In this document: positions 36,979-45,813 of the stretch, in pieces | Numbering within the stretch: the first letter of the stretch is position 1 | Layout: every line of letters begins with the position of its first letter | Assembly (NCBI GenBank): GCA_964589375.1 | Contig: CAZPSA010000001.1 | Location: 1,410 to 65,409, forward strand | Direction: 5' to 3' | Origin: an uncultured Clostridium sp. | GTDB lineage: Bacteria > Bacillota_I > Bacilli_A > RF39 > UBA660 | DNA: 64,000 nt | Notes under the pieces: model-generated | What the model saw: the letters and a program-made list of their open reading frames with translations, nothing else | Databases searched by the model: none | What the model was told of the DNA's origin: nothing | Made by a program: the position numbers and the translations under genes

Positions 36979-37984
36979 TTATTGTATCATCTTCATCATA
37001 ATTTAATAATTTAAATTTAAAAAGTTTTTTTAATATATTACAATCACTAAATTCAGTACAACTCATATTACAAATATAATTATATTCACAATTTTTACAT
37101 TTTTTATTATTGCATTTTCCATTTAATGAGCATTTTTTGATCATCCCCAAATTATCAATATATATATACTCACTATTAAATCCACAATCTATATTTGGAT
37201 ATATACTTGGCCAATTTAGTACTTTTATATAATTTGAATAGTTATAACTATATTTCAAAATATACATTGAAATATTTATATATGAATCAACAAGTAGCTT
37301 AGTGTCAACAACCTGATTGATTTCATGAAATATAAATGGAGAAAAAATTAATCCTATATTATTATTAATACATTCGATACAAATTTTTTCCAAATCATTA
37401 TTTATTCTTGGTAAAACAGAAATTTTATGGTTTAATAAATCATTTTTATTTTCTATTATACTTTCAATTTTTTCAACATAAAAAACAATATTGAAAATAT
37501 TAAAATACTTAAATTTTTTTAAAATTTCAAAATTTTCAATTTTTGTGAAAATTGTTAAACTTGATGAAATATCATATATTTTATTAAAATAATTTTCCAA
37601 TAATTTTATATTTTCAAATTTTTCAATGTAAATAAATATTTTATCAACCAAACTACTATTTGCTATATTTTTTATACAATTATACACATTTTTTATTTCA
37701 TATGTTTTTTTTGTTAAATCTACAATGATTTTTTTCTCTAATGCTTTTGAAGATACAATGTAATCATCCAGATTGCTATTTTTAATATTTAAAAATTCTT
37801 CTTCAAATAAATATTCTAATGCTTCATTATATAATTCATTAGAATATTTATATTCTTTTAACTCAGCAATCAATTTTGCTATTTCATCGCTAATCAAAAC
37901 ATATTTATGATTTTTTAAATTCATCAATAAATATATTTCATTATCTATTTTTGACATTCTTACATCTTTACTCAAATAATACAT
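36917..37984 (-). CDS. PqqD/RRE-like N-terminus plus SPASM-type Cys-rich C-terminus, lacking the radical-SAM CX3CX2C motif
   Basis: The N-terminus SKIDNEIYLLMNLKNHKYVLISDEIAKLIAELKEY is RRE-like. The C-terminus is CGFNSEYIYIDNLGMIKKCSLNGKCNNKKCKNCEYNYICNMSCTEFSDC. No CxxxCxxC occurs anywhere in the 355 aa. Confidence 0.55.
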   Translation of the reverse strand: MYYLSKDVRMSKIDNEIYLLMNLKNHKYVLISDEIAKLIAELKEYKYSNELYNEALEYLFEEEFLNIKNSNLDDYIVSSKALEKKIIVDLTKKTYEIKNVYNCIKNIANSSLVDKIFIYIEKFENIKLLENYFNKIYDISSSLTIFTKIENFEILKKFKYFNIFNIVFYVEKIESIIENKNDLLNHKISVLPRINNDLEKICIECINNNIGLIFSPFIFHEINQVVDTKLLVDSYINISMYILKYSYNYSNYIKVLNWPSIYPNIDCGFNSEYIYIDNLGMIKKCSLNGKCNNKKCKNCEYNYICNMSCTEFSDCNILKKLFKFKLLNYDEDDTINEKYNKYKEFKNEEMLLYNR

Positions 37985-37986
37985 AT

Positions 37987-38682
37987 CTAATCCTCATCAA
38001 ATAATATCTTAAATAATTTTTCAGGGCATTCAAGCATCATTTTATATATAACAAAGTGTGATGTATCTTTATAATCCATGCGTTTTACCTCATCATCTAT
38101 ATATATAAAATCAGCATTTGGGTAAGACATTATAATAGGAGAATGCGTTACAACTATTATTTGGGTATCTTTTTGTTTTGACAGTTCATTTATTATACTT
38201 AATAATCTGAGTTGATTTTGAGGAGATAAAGCATTTTCCGGCTCATCTAACAAAAATATTCCTTCTTTAAAAGAATCAAATAATTCTAAAAAGCTTTCTC
38301 CATGAGACAATTCACTAAATTTTTTTCTATAATAAGCCAAAATTTGCGGATCGGATTCAATATAATTATAGTAAGAATTAAACGTATCACTTCTAAAATA
38401 AAAACCTTTTTTAGTTTTATATGACCAAGATAATTTTATGTCCTGTATTTGTCTTAAATTTTCTGTTGATTTATAATTACTATTTTTGTTTCCACCTAAT
38501 ATATTAAAACCAACATTGTCAGCTATATATTTTAAAATTGTTGATTTTCCACAACCATTTTCCCCAGATATTATTGTAACATTATTCTTAAACTTAATGC
38601 TAAAACCATCTTTGAATATTTTAATATTATATGGATAAGTATTTTCATTTTTCGATTCAACTGCTATTTCTTTAAGAATCAT
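37987..38682 (-). CDS. Stand-alone AAA/ABC-type ATPase (no permease domain)
   Basis: Walker A is ISGENGCGKSTILKYIA, Walker B is IFLLDEPENALSP, and the H-loop is VVTHSP. Confidence 0.7.
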   Translation of the reverse strand: MILKEIAVESKNENTYPYNIKIFKDGFSIKFKNNVTIISGENGCGKSTILKYIADNVGFNILGGNKNSNYKSTENLRQIQDIKLSWSYKTKKGFYFRSDTFNSYYNYIESDPQILAYYRKKFSELSHGESFLELFDSFKEGIFLLDEPENALSPQNQLRLLSIINELSKQKDTQIIVVTHSPIIMSYPNADFIYIDDEVKRMDYKDTSHFVIYKMMLECPEKLFKILFDED

Positions 38683-40201
38683 ATATGTTATTTCCTTTCT
38701 TTATAATTACTGGCTGCTCAGTATATGATATATGTTGAAGACTATTTGTAATTTTATTACCATCTATCTCATGTATAATGAAATTTAGTCCTACATTTGA
38801 GTTATAATTTATATCTAACTTTTCCATATCAATTTCAAATTCAAAGCTACCATTTTTTATATTTGGTTTAATATATTCTATTATTTTTGCTCTCTTTTCT
38901 CTTGAATAATCATATTTTACTTCATCTCTTCCAAGCATAGTTTCAGTCATAAATAATTTATCCTTTTTGATCCTTATCATTAATGGATAAAATGGTTTAA
39001 TAAATTCATTAAATGAATTTTTAAAATATAATTGAATATAAATTGCAAAATGGTCTGGTCTTTTATTATTATAGAAATCTAAATTTAAATAAAACTTTTT
39101 ATCAATGACTGTCAAACTATAATTTATGGGTTTATCCCCTAAATTTTTGATAAAACTTTCGTTGTTATTTAGATAATTTTTATTTGATGCTCCAATTAAG
39201 AACTCACTATAAGTATATTTACTTAAAAAATCAATAATTTCATCTTTAAAAAAATATCTATAAATCAAAGGGATATTCCATTTTATTCTACCAATATCTA
39301 CTAAGTCATGTTTCTTATAGTCAATTAATTCTTTTGGAAAAAAAGATAAAAATTCTATGATCCATTCTTCTTGATATATTTCATACATTCTCAAAAAAAC
39401 TAGTCTAATTTTATGAATCAACTTATATTTATGTGCATAATCTAGTATTTTATTCCAATCTAATAAATTATAATTTTTCTTAACAAAACAACATATATCT
39501 ACTAGATATTGCAAAATATATCTTTTTGAAAATTGTAAGGAAAAAATATTTTCAGTAAAATAGTAATAATAATTAATTAATAATAAAAATGTATTATTAA
39601 GGTCAAATGTTTTTACTTCCATTTTATCATATTGTATAATTTTTTGTTCACAATTTATATTATAAATCTGAGTTTTTTCACTATTCTTTAATTCTATTAC
39701 CATCTTTTGGTTGTCAAAAATAATTGGTAATGAAATTTCACCATGTATATTTTCTAAATTTTCATTAAAATCAAAATAACATTTGAATTTTTGTTTTATA
39801 ATTGAAATAAATTTTTGCTTTTCATAAGAATCATTTATAACAATATCTATATCAGAATACATTCTTTTATTTTGCTCACCATATATCAGAGTATTTAATA
39901 TTTTCCCTTTATATATACTATATTTTATATTATTCTCATTTAATAATTTCACAACTTCAAAGAAAAATTCATCGTATGTTTTATAAAATGACAGATACTT
40001 ATTTTTTATTCCCGTAATTACATTTTGATATGGTTTAAAAATATCTAAATCTATTATTTTTTCATAATAATGAAAAAATAATTTATGTTCAATTAGAATA
40101 TCAATAACTTCATCACAATCTATATATTTAATATCATCACCTAAACAATTTATATTGTCCTTAATTAATGAAATTACAAATTTATGATTGATATTTAACA
40201 T
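38672..40201 (-). CDS. Pol-beta-superfamily nucleotidyltransferase-like protein (the uncharacterised NTase family common in RiPP clusters)
   Basis: YKGKILNTLIYGEQNKRMYSDIDIVINDS fits the pattern hG-x(9-13)-DxD. It is the first gene of the cluster, at 509 aa. Confidence 0.55.
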   Translation of the reverse strand: MLNINHKFVISLIKDNINCLGDDIKYIDCDEVIDILIEHKLFFHYYEKIIDLDIFKPYQNVITGIKNKYLSFYKTYDEFFFEVVKLLNENNIKYSIYKGKILNTLIYGEQNKRMYSDIDIVINDSYEKQKFISIIKQKFKCYFDFNENLENIHGEISLPIIFDNQKMVIELKNSEKTQIYNINCEQKIIQYDKMEVKTFDLNNTFLLLINYYYYFTENIFSLQFSKRYILQYLVDICCFVKKNYNLLDWNKILDYAHKYKLIHKIRLVFLRMYEIYQEEWIIEFLSFFPKELIDYKKHDLVDIGRIKWNIPLIYRYFFKDEIIDFLSKYTYSEFLIGASNKNYLNNNESFIKNLGDKPINYSLTVIDKKFYLNLDFYNNKRPDHFAIYIQLYFKNSFNEFIKPFYPLMIRIKKDKLFMTETMLGRDEVKYDYSREKRAKIIEYIKPNIKNGSFEFEIDMEKLDINYNSNVGLNFIIHEIDGNKITNSLQHISYTEQPVIIKKGNNIYDS

Positions 40202-40438
40202 AAATCCTTAAACTCCTCAACTTTCCTTTTTTTTCAAAAATATACTAATTATTCTAATATAATAAATTATTAATTCTAAGTAGTTAATTTTACTAACAAT
40301 AATTTATCTAAAATATCTATTAAACTAAGCTTATAAATTTTTATTTTATCATTTTCATACATCGTAATTTATAACTCAAAAATTAATTTATTAATTTTGG
40401 AACCTTTTAAATTGATTTATATATATATATATGAAAAA

Positions 40439-41572
40439 TTATTTATATTTTTCTAATTCATTTATTTTGTCTAATTGTTCCCATGGAAGATTATCTTTTC
40501 CAAAATGACCATAGTTAGTAGTCAATTTATAAATTGGTCTTCTTAAACCCAAATGATTAATGATTCCTTTTGGGCTTAATACAAATGTTTTTCTAATAGC
40601 ATCAATTATTTCTAAATCAGATACTTTTGCAGTTCCGTAAGTTTTAACCATTATTGAAGTTGGTTCTGATACACCAATTGCATAACTTAATCCAATTTCA
40701 ATTTTTTCAGCAAAACCAGCTGCAACTAAGTTTTTAGCGATATATCTTGCCATATAGGCACCACTTCTATCTACCTTAGATGGATCTTTACCACTAAACG
40801 CTCCACCACCATGTCTTGCATATCCACCATATGTATCAACAATTATTTTTCTTCCAGTTAATCCACTGTCTCCTTTAGGTCCACCAATAACAAATCTTCC
40901 TGTTGGATTAATGTAGTATTTAGTGTTTTCATCTAATAATTCATTAGGTAAAACAGCTTTAATAACGTTATTTAATACAAATTCTCTTACTTCTTCAATT
41001 GTAACATCTTCACTATGTTGAGTTGAAACAACAACATTATCAATTCTTACAATTTTATTATTATCATATTCTACGCTAACTTGAGCTTTTCCATCAGGTC
41101 TTAAGAAATCAACCATTTTACTTTTTCTACATTCTGTTAATCTTCTTGTTAATCTATGTGCAAACATAACAGGTGCTGGCATATATTCTGGTGTTTCGTT
41201 ACTAGCAAATCCAAACATCATCCCTTGATCTCCGGCTCCATCATCAGAGTTTACTCCCATAGCAATATCTGGTGATTGTTTGTCTAAAGCAACAAGTACG
41301 GCTAAATTTTCGGCGTCAAATCCTAATTTTCCTCTGTTATATCCAATTTCATCAACTGTTTCTCTAACAATTTTTTGAATATCCACATTAGCTTTTGATG
41401 TAACTTCTCCTATAACCATTACTAATCCTGTAGTAGCACATACTTCGCAAGCTACATGAGCATTTTTATCTTGCTCTAAATAAGCATCTAAAATACAATC
41501 AGAAATTTTATCGCAAACTTTATCAGGATGTCCTTCTGTAACAGATTCCGATGTAAATACTTCCTTTATCAT
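40439..41572 (-). CDS. metK: S-adenosylmethionine synthetase
   Basis: [51 protein letters not shown] and other canonical MetK motifs are present. Confidence 0.95.
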   Translation of the reverse strand: MIKEVFTSESVTEGHPDKVCDKISDCILDAYLEQDKNAHVACEVCATTGLVMVIGEVTSKANVDIQKIVRETVDEIGYNRGKLGFDAENLAVLVALDKQSPDIAMGVNSDDGAGDQGMMFGFASNETPEYMPAPVMFAHRLTRRLTECRKSKMVDFLRPDGKAQVSVEYDNNKIVRIDNVVVSTQHSEDVTIEEVREFVLNNVIKAVLPNELLDENTKYYINPTGRFVIGGPKGDSGLTGRKIIVDTYGGYARHGGGAFSGKDPSKVDRSGAYMARYIAKNLVAAGFAEKIEIGLSYAIGVSEPTSIMVKTYGTAKVSDLEIIDAIRKTFVLSPKGIINHLGLRRPIYKLTTNYGHFGKDNLPWEQLDKINELEKYK

Positions 41573-41574
41573 AA

Positions 41575-41982
41575 CTACTCATTAATAATTACACTAGAAC
41601 CAATGTAAAATATATTACTAATTTCACCAGTTACATTAGTTATAGTTTGTTGATTTTCAATTATGGTAATAACAACTGTACCAACATTGTTTTCATCGGC
41701 ACTACACAACAAATAATTTGTTGATTCATTAAGATCAACAACTAAAATTTCACATGTCCCAATTATTTCTTCATTTCCACGAACGCAATTTGTTAAATAT
41801 CCTATTTTTGTCTCATCATCAATAGAAACATAGAATTCATTATTACTTAATGATAAAACATCAACTCTATCAGGGTTTTCATCTTTAACAATTGTTACTC
41901 TAGCAGCATTTACTTTAATTGTACCAATGTATAATGTAAAAACTAAAACTAATAAAAATATTTTTAAAATTCTTTTTTTCAT
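41575..41982 (-). CDS. Small secreted protein (signal peptide), 2 nt upstream of metK
   Basis: [26 protein letters not shown] is a signal peptide, and the SD AGGAGGAGAAT precedes the ATG. Confidence 0.6.
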   Translation of the reverse strand: MKKRILKIFLLVLVFTLYIGTIKVNAARVTIVKDENPDRVDVLSLSNNEFYVSIDDETKIGYLTNCVRGNEEIIGTCEILVVDLNESTNYLLCSADENNVGTVVITIIENQQTITNVTGEISNIFYIGSSVIINE

Positions 41983-42082
41983 ATTCTCCTCCTTATGAAT
42001 TCGCTTACATTATACCAATTAAAAATACACATGTCAACCAATTTAATATCAATAAAATTGAGCATTTTTTATATGTTTTAGT

Positions 42083-42114
42083 AAAAAAAAAAAAAAAAGC
42101 CCAAATTGTTGGGC
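42083..42114 (-). terminator. Rho-independent terminator after the 375-aa regulator-like gene
   Basis: The minus strand reads GCCCAA-CAAT-TTGGGC followed by a T16 tract (plus-strand A16 at 42083-42098). Confidence 0.75.
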
Positions 42115-42143
42115 TTAAATTCGACACTTTTTGCCATTTTTTT

Positions 42144-43271
42144 CTATTTCTGCCTATTTTTAAAATTTTTCAAAATTTTAATTAATGGACCCATAATTGG
42201 GTACTTTGAAAGATCTGAAAGTGTAGTTTTTATTGGATTTTCCAAATAATCATTTAATAATATAAAATATTTTTTATCATCATCATCTGCATATTCAATA
42301 TTTTCATTATAAAAACTTAAATACTCTTTTCTGTCGATTTTAAATAAAGATACTAACAAACATGTAATTAGAGTAAAATTCATTTTTTCATAATTCTTAA
42401 TTTTATCATTAACATCATTATATCTTTCTAATGCTACTAAAGCAACAGTTTCAAAAATTATAGCAGATTCTATTTCATAATCACTAAAATCAATAGATTT
42501 CAAATACAAAATTTGTTTCTCAGCTATATTAAGGCATTCATCATAATTTCCTATATACAAATAGGAACTCATAATTGTTCTATTTACTGAAATAATTCTC
42601 TTGAAATTTAAATCTTTATATAAAATATCTTGAGCACACTTCCCAAAAAAAATGGCTTCAATATATTTTTTTTCAGAATAACATTTAGATGCTACAATTT
42701 GATATGACATAGCATTTTTATAATTATGTCTCCATTCATCACTTAATATAATATCAGAATCAAAGAATAAATTTAATATTTCAAAAATTTCTTTTAATTC
42801 AAATATAAAGAAATCATAATACTTTTTTACATCTTCATATAATTCATAATAATTTTGCTTAACATATGATATTGACTTGTGATTATTTACAAGCATAAAA
42901 AGTTTTATTAATTTAATTACAGGAGCTAATAATGTATTTTCCCCTAGTAATTTATTTAAAAATGTTAAATCATCATCATACGAATCATAAATTCTGTAAT
43001 ACATATTGTAATATATTTCATTGATTTTTGATTCTAATAGTTCGACTAATGATGTCTCTGGAATGATAAATCCAAAATGATTGGATAATTGCTTTATAAT
43101 GTTTTTCCCAACTTTTTGTTCATAATCACGTGATCTTCTATATGAACTATTGTTGATAAATAACTCAGCAAATATTTCTTCTTTTCTTATATCATTTATT
43201 TTTAAATAAATATCAAAAAAATAAAAATATATTCTTGACCCTTTATATTCAGAAATATTAATTTTTTTCAT
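42144..43271 (-). CDS. Helical-repeat (TPR/RNPP-like) putative transcriptional regulator
   Basis: The protein is all-helical and repeat-like, with a possible N-terminal HTH. The SD AAGGAG lies 7 nt before the ATG at 43271, which I prefer to the track start at 43331. Assignment is weak. Confidence 0.35.
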   Translation of the reverse strand: MKKINISEYKGSRIYFYFFDIYLKINDIRKEEIFAELFINNSSYRRSRDYEQKVGKNIIKQLSNHFGFIIPETSLVELLESKINEIYYNMYYRIYDSYDDDLTFLNKLLGENTLLAPVIKLIKLFMLVNNHKSISYVKQNYYELYEDVKKYYDFFIFELKEIFEILNLFFDSDIILSDEWRHNYKNAMSYQIVASKCYSEKKYIEAIFFGKCAQDILYKDLNFKRIISVNRTIMSSYLYIGNYDECLNIAEKQILYLKSIDFSDYEIESAIIFETVALVALERYNDVNDKIKNYEKMNFTLITCLLVSLFKIDRKEYLSFYNENIEYADDDDKKYFILLNDYLENPIKTTLSDLSKYPIMGPLIKILKNFKNRQK

Positions 43272-43371
43272 AAACCACTCCTTATTAATATCTATAAGTA
43301 AAATTATATCATAATCATAAATAAATAACAAATAATAAAAATATATATCATAAGAAATTTACAAAAATTTC

Positions 43372-43403
43372 AACATAAAACGCAGTCAATTAATGACTAC
43401 GTT
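43372..43403 (-). terminator. Rho-independent terminator downstream of the nucleotide-enzyme operon
   Basis: The minus strand reads AACGTAGTCA-TTAA-TTGACTGCGTT (one G-T wobble) followed by TTTATGTTG. It lies ~265 nt after the last ORF. Confidence 0.45.
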
Positions 43404-43667
43404 AATGTTATTACTTAATTTATTTCTTAATAAAATTTTTCAATTCCTTCAATTTGACAATTTTTCAAACTACATATAAAATTATTCTTTGTTCCTTTGG
43501 ATTGATTAACAGCATCATCAATTTCCATAATTATAATATTTGTTTTTTATTAGCATCACAAATAGTATTTATTCTAAACTTATTTTAACACTCAATTTTA
43601 ATTATACTTTCTCTTTTTGACTTAATAAGTTCTAACACGCATAGCAAATGCTCATAGTAAACATCAT

Positions 43668-44126
43668 TTATAAGTTGCAAATATATAAAACTAAAAAAAC
43701 TATGAAACCTATTAATCCAGAGAAAAAGAAAAATCCGTAAATTAATTTAAGAATCCTTGACCAACTTGGATGCTTTTTTGCTGTTTGTGATAATGTTTTC
43801 ATATTATACTCTGTAAAATTAAAAACGCATTTTTCATTTTCTATATTTAATGATTGTTCTATCTTTTGCAAAACATGTTCAGAAGATTTAATCATTTGTC
43901 TCATTCGATAATCCATTAAATAAAAACACACTGAAAAAAAACTTATAGATAGAGATGCAAACAATCCAATTAATCTATTTAAATTGGAAGAAAGAATAGC
44001 TAATAAGCCAGTAACAAATAAACTTTCAATAACAATGCAAAAATTCAAAACTTGAATTCGTTGAGAAGCATGTATTTCAAAATGTTTAAGCGCATTATCC
44101 ATTAAAATTTTATCTTTTTCATCCAT
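43668..44126 (-). CDS. 152-aa three-TM membrane protein, last gene of the operon (candidate effector)
   Basis: The TM segments are VLNFCIVIESLFVTGLLAILS, LIGLFASLSISFFSVCFYLM and ILKLIYGFFFFSGLIGFIVFLVLYI. It overlaps the upstream kinase gene by 8 nt. Confidence 0.7.
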   Translation of the reverse strand: MDEKDKILMDNALKHFEIHASQRIQVLNFCIVIESLFVTGLLAILSSNLNRLIGLFASLSISFFSVCFYLMDYRMRQMIKSSEHVLQKIEQSLNIENEKCVFNFTEYNMKTLSQTAKKHPSWSRILKLIYGFFFFSGLIGFIVFLVLYICNL

Positions 44127-44682
44127 AAATATTATTCCTTTTTATGATATTTTCTATTTCATTAATAATATTGTCCAATTTTTTCATTCCATTTATAACT
44201 ATCCAAGAAGAGTCATTAGAAACAATATTCATATACTCTTCTCTTACTTTATATAAAAGTAATTTATCTTTTTCAATATTATCAGGATTTATTGCACGAC
44301 TCAAGCTTTCTTCTGGTGTAATATCTATAAAAATTTTTAAATCTGGTTCTGGCATATCCTTTTCTAACAAATACATCAATTCTCTATCCAATCCTCTTGC
44401 AATCCCATATGCAATGGCAGAATATTTATATCTAGTAGATATAACAACGTTATTTTCAGATAATGCAATTAATTTATTTTTTTTACTTAACCTTTCACAA
44501 GAAAATAGTAATTGTAAAGATAAGGGGTCAAATTGTTTTTCATATAATTTTAATTTTATTAATTTACCTATATCACTATTATAATCCGGAAAATCAATTA
44601 TTACATAATTATTCTTTAATAACAAGTGTTGTGCAATTGTATTTTTACCACAATTATCAATTCCTTCTAAAACTATTAACAT
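44119..44682 (-). CDS. Thymidylate-kinase-like P-loop kinase, type I (eukaryote/virus-like), with atypical motifs
   Basis: LIVLEGIDNCGKNT is the P-loop, with GKN where GK(S/T) is usual. FPDYNSDIGKLIK and LLFSCERL fit a type I dTMP kinase. STRYKYSAIAYG carries TRY in place of DRY. Confidence 0.65.
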   Translation of the reverse strand: MLIVLEGIDNCGKNTIAQHLLLKNNYVIIDFPDYNSDIGKLIKLKLYEKQFDPLSLQLLFSCERLSKKNKLIALSENNVVISTRYKYSAIAYGIARGLDRELMYLLEKDMPEPDLKIFIDITPEESLSRAINPDNIEKDKLLLYKVREEYMNIVSNDSSWIVINGMKKLDNIINEIENIIKRNNIYG

Positions 44683-44683
44683 C

Positions 44684-45262
44684 TCATTTAATCTCCTTCA
44701 TTTTTTTTACAAAATAATCCACATCATCATTATTGTTAACATCCAAGTTACTTATATCAATAACTGGTATATTATATTGTTCAACTACTTCATTAAACAT
44801 GTTATCTAAATCAATAATATAATTATAAGAATTTAACTCACTTTCCCTATTTCTCATTTTAATACGATTAATTAATTCAACAGAATTACAGTATAAATAT
44901 ACAACATTAATATCAATAAGTTCTAATATATTTTCAAATAATGAATTACAAATTTGGAATTCTTCTGCTGACAATATGTTTTTATTAAACATATATTTTG
45001 TAAATACTAGATGGTGTGAAAGTATAGATGAATCAATCAAACATAATTGCTTACATGATTGTGACTTATTATATAATTCAATCCAACTAATATAAAATTC
45101 TAACTGAGTAAAAAAAGCATTTTGTCCTGTTTTCCAATATTCATTTAAATGTGTTACTGCAGTCAAGTCTTCACATATAACATTATACCCTTTTTGAGAT
45201 AAAACTTTTCCCCAAGAAGTCTTTCCACAACCAATATTCCCCATCAAAACTAAAGGTTTCAT
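44684..45262 (-). CDS. Deoxynucleoside-kinase-like P-loop kinase
   Basis: LVLMGNIGCGKTS is the P-loop, QLEFYISW is dNK-like, IDSSILS replaces the usual DRS motif, and RIKMRNRESE is the Arg-rich lid. Confidence 0.6.
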   Translation of the reverse strand: MKPLVLMGNIGCGKTSWGKVLSQKGYNVICEDLTAVTHLNEYWKTGQNAFFTQLEFYISWIELYNKSQSCKQLCLIDSSILSHHLVFTKYMFNKNILSAEEFQICNSLFENILELIDINVVYLYCNSVELINRIKMRNRESELNSYNYIIDLDNMFNEVVEQYNIPVIDISNLDVNNNDDVDYFVKKMKEIK

Positions 45263-45813
45263 TGCTCATTACCTTGAAATGCTATTTTTTTTGCCAAAGA
45301 TAATGTTTGTATTATTAATTTTTTAGCATTCTTGTTATATCGTATTGATGAAGGATGGTATGTACAAATTAAAACTGAATCTTTATAATTATAAGTATTA
45401 TCAATCAAATCAACTAACTTAACAGTTTTATCATTTAAAAAGAATTTAGAAGCAGCTAAACCTAAACAAATTATAACCTTGGGCTTAATTATATCTATTT
45501 GCTGTTTAATATATGTAGAACATTTATCAATAATTTTCCCAGTTGGCGTGGCATTATGAGGCATTCTACATTTTATAATATTTGTTAAATATAATTTTTC
45601 TCTTTCTAAATTTGATTCTTGTAAGCAAGCATCTAAAATGGCTCCACCTTTCCCTATAAAAGGGCGTCCATAAATATCATTCAATTCTCCCGGTCCCTCT
45701 CCAACAATCATTATTCTAGAATCAATAGGTCCTTCTCCTGGAACAGTGTTTATTCTAGTTTTACATAACTCACATTCTACACATAATTTAATTTTTTCTA
45801 TTACTTCTTTCAT
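45259..45813 (-). CDS. Family-4 uracil-DNA glycosylase-like protein
   Basis: CVECELCKTR...VGEGPGELNDIYGRPFIGKGGAILD...IIKCRMPHNATP...CTYHPSS. This gives the GEGPG motif, the PF(I/V)G.(A/G)G motif, the HPS motif and the Fe-S-type Cys pattern. Confidence 0.75.
   Translation of the reverse strand: MKEVIEKIKLCVECELCKTRINTVPGEGPIDSRIMIVGEGPGELNDIYGRPFIGKGGAILDACLQESNLEREKLYLTNIIKCRMPHNATPTGKIIDKCSTYIKQQIDIIKPKVIICLGLAASKFFLNDKTVKLVDLIDNTYNYKDSVLICTYHPSSIRYNKNAKKLIIQTLSLAKKIAFQGNEQ

Noticed and set aside
28567-40201. Interpretation of the cluster as a lasso-peptide locus (because of the HprK-like kinase plus nucleotidyltransferase)
   Set aside because: There is no asparagine-synthetase-like lasso cyclase or transglutaminase-like B protease. 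The precursors are Cys-rich and adjacent to an rSAM/SPASM enzyme.
40418-40432. (TA)7 microsatellite just after metK
   Set aside because: It is a short, intergenic, AT-rich background feature with no evidence of function.
42083-42098. A16 homopolymer as a slipped-strand phase-variation tract
   Set aside because: It is intergenic and forms the U-tract of a canonical terminator hairpin on the transcribed (minus) strand.
43427-43528. 33-aa ORF (MEIDDAVNQSKGTKNNFICSLKNCQIEGIEKFY) upstream of the TPR/RNPP-like regulator, as a possible signalling-peptide gene
   Set aside because: It has no SD and no hydrophobic export signal. The regulator assignment is itself weak.
44144-44717. Plus-strand ORFs of 146 aa and 84 aa
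   Set aside because: They are antisense to the kinase genes and have low-complexity Ser/Ile/Leu content.
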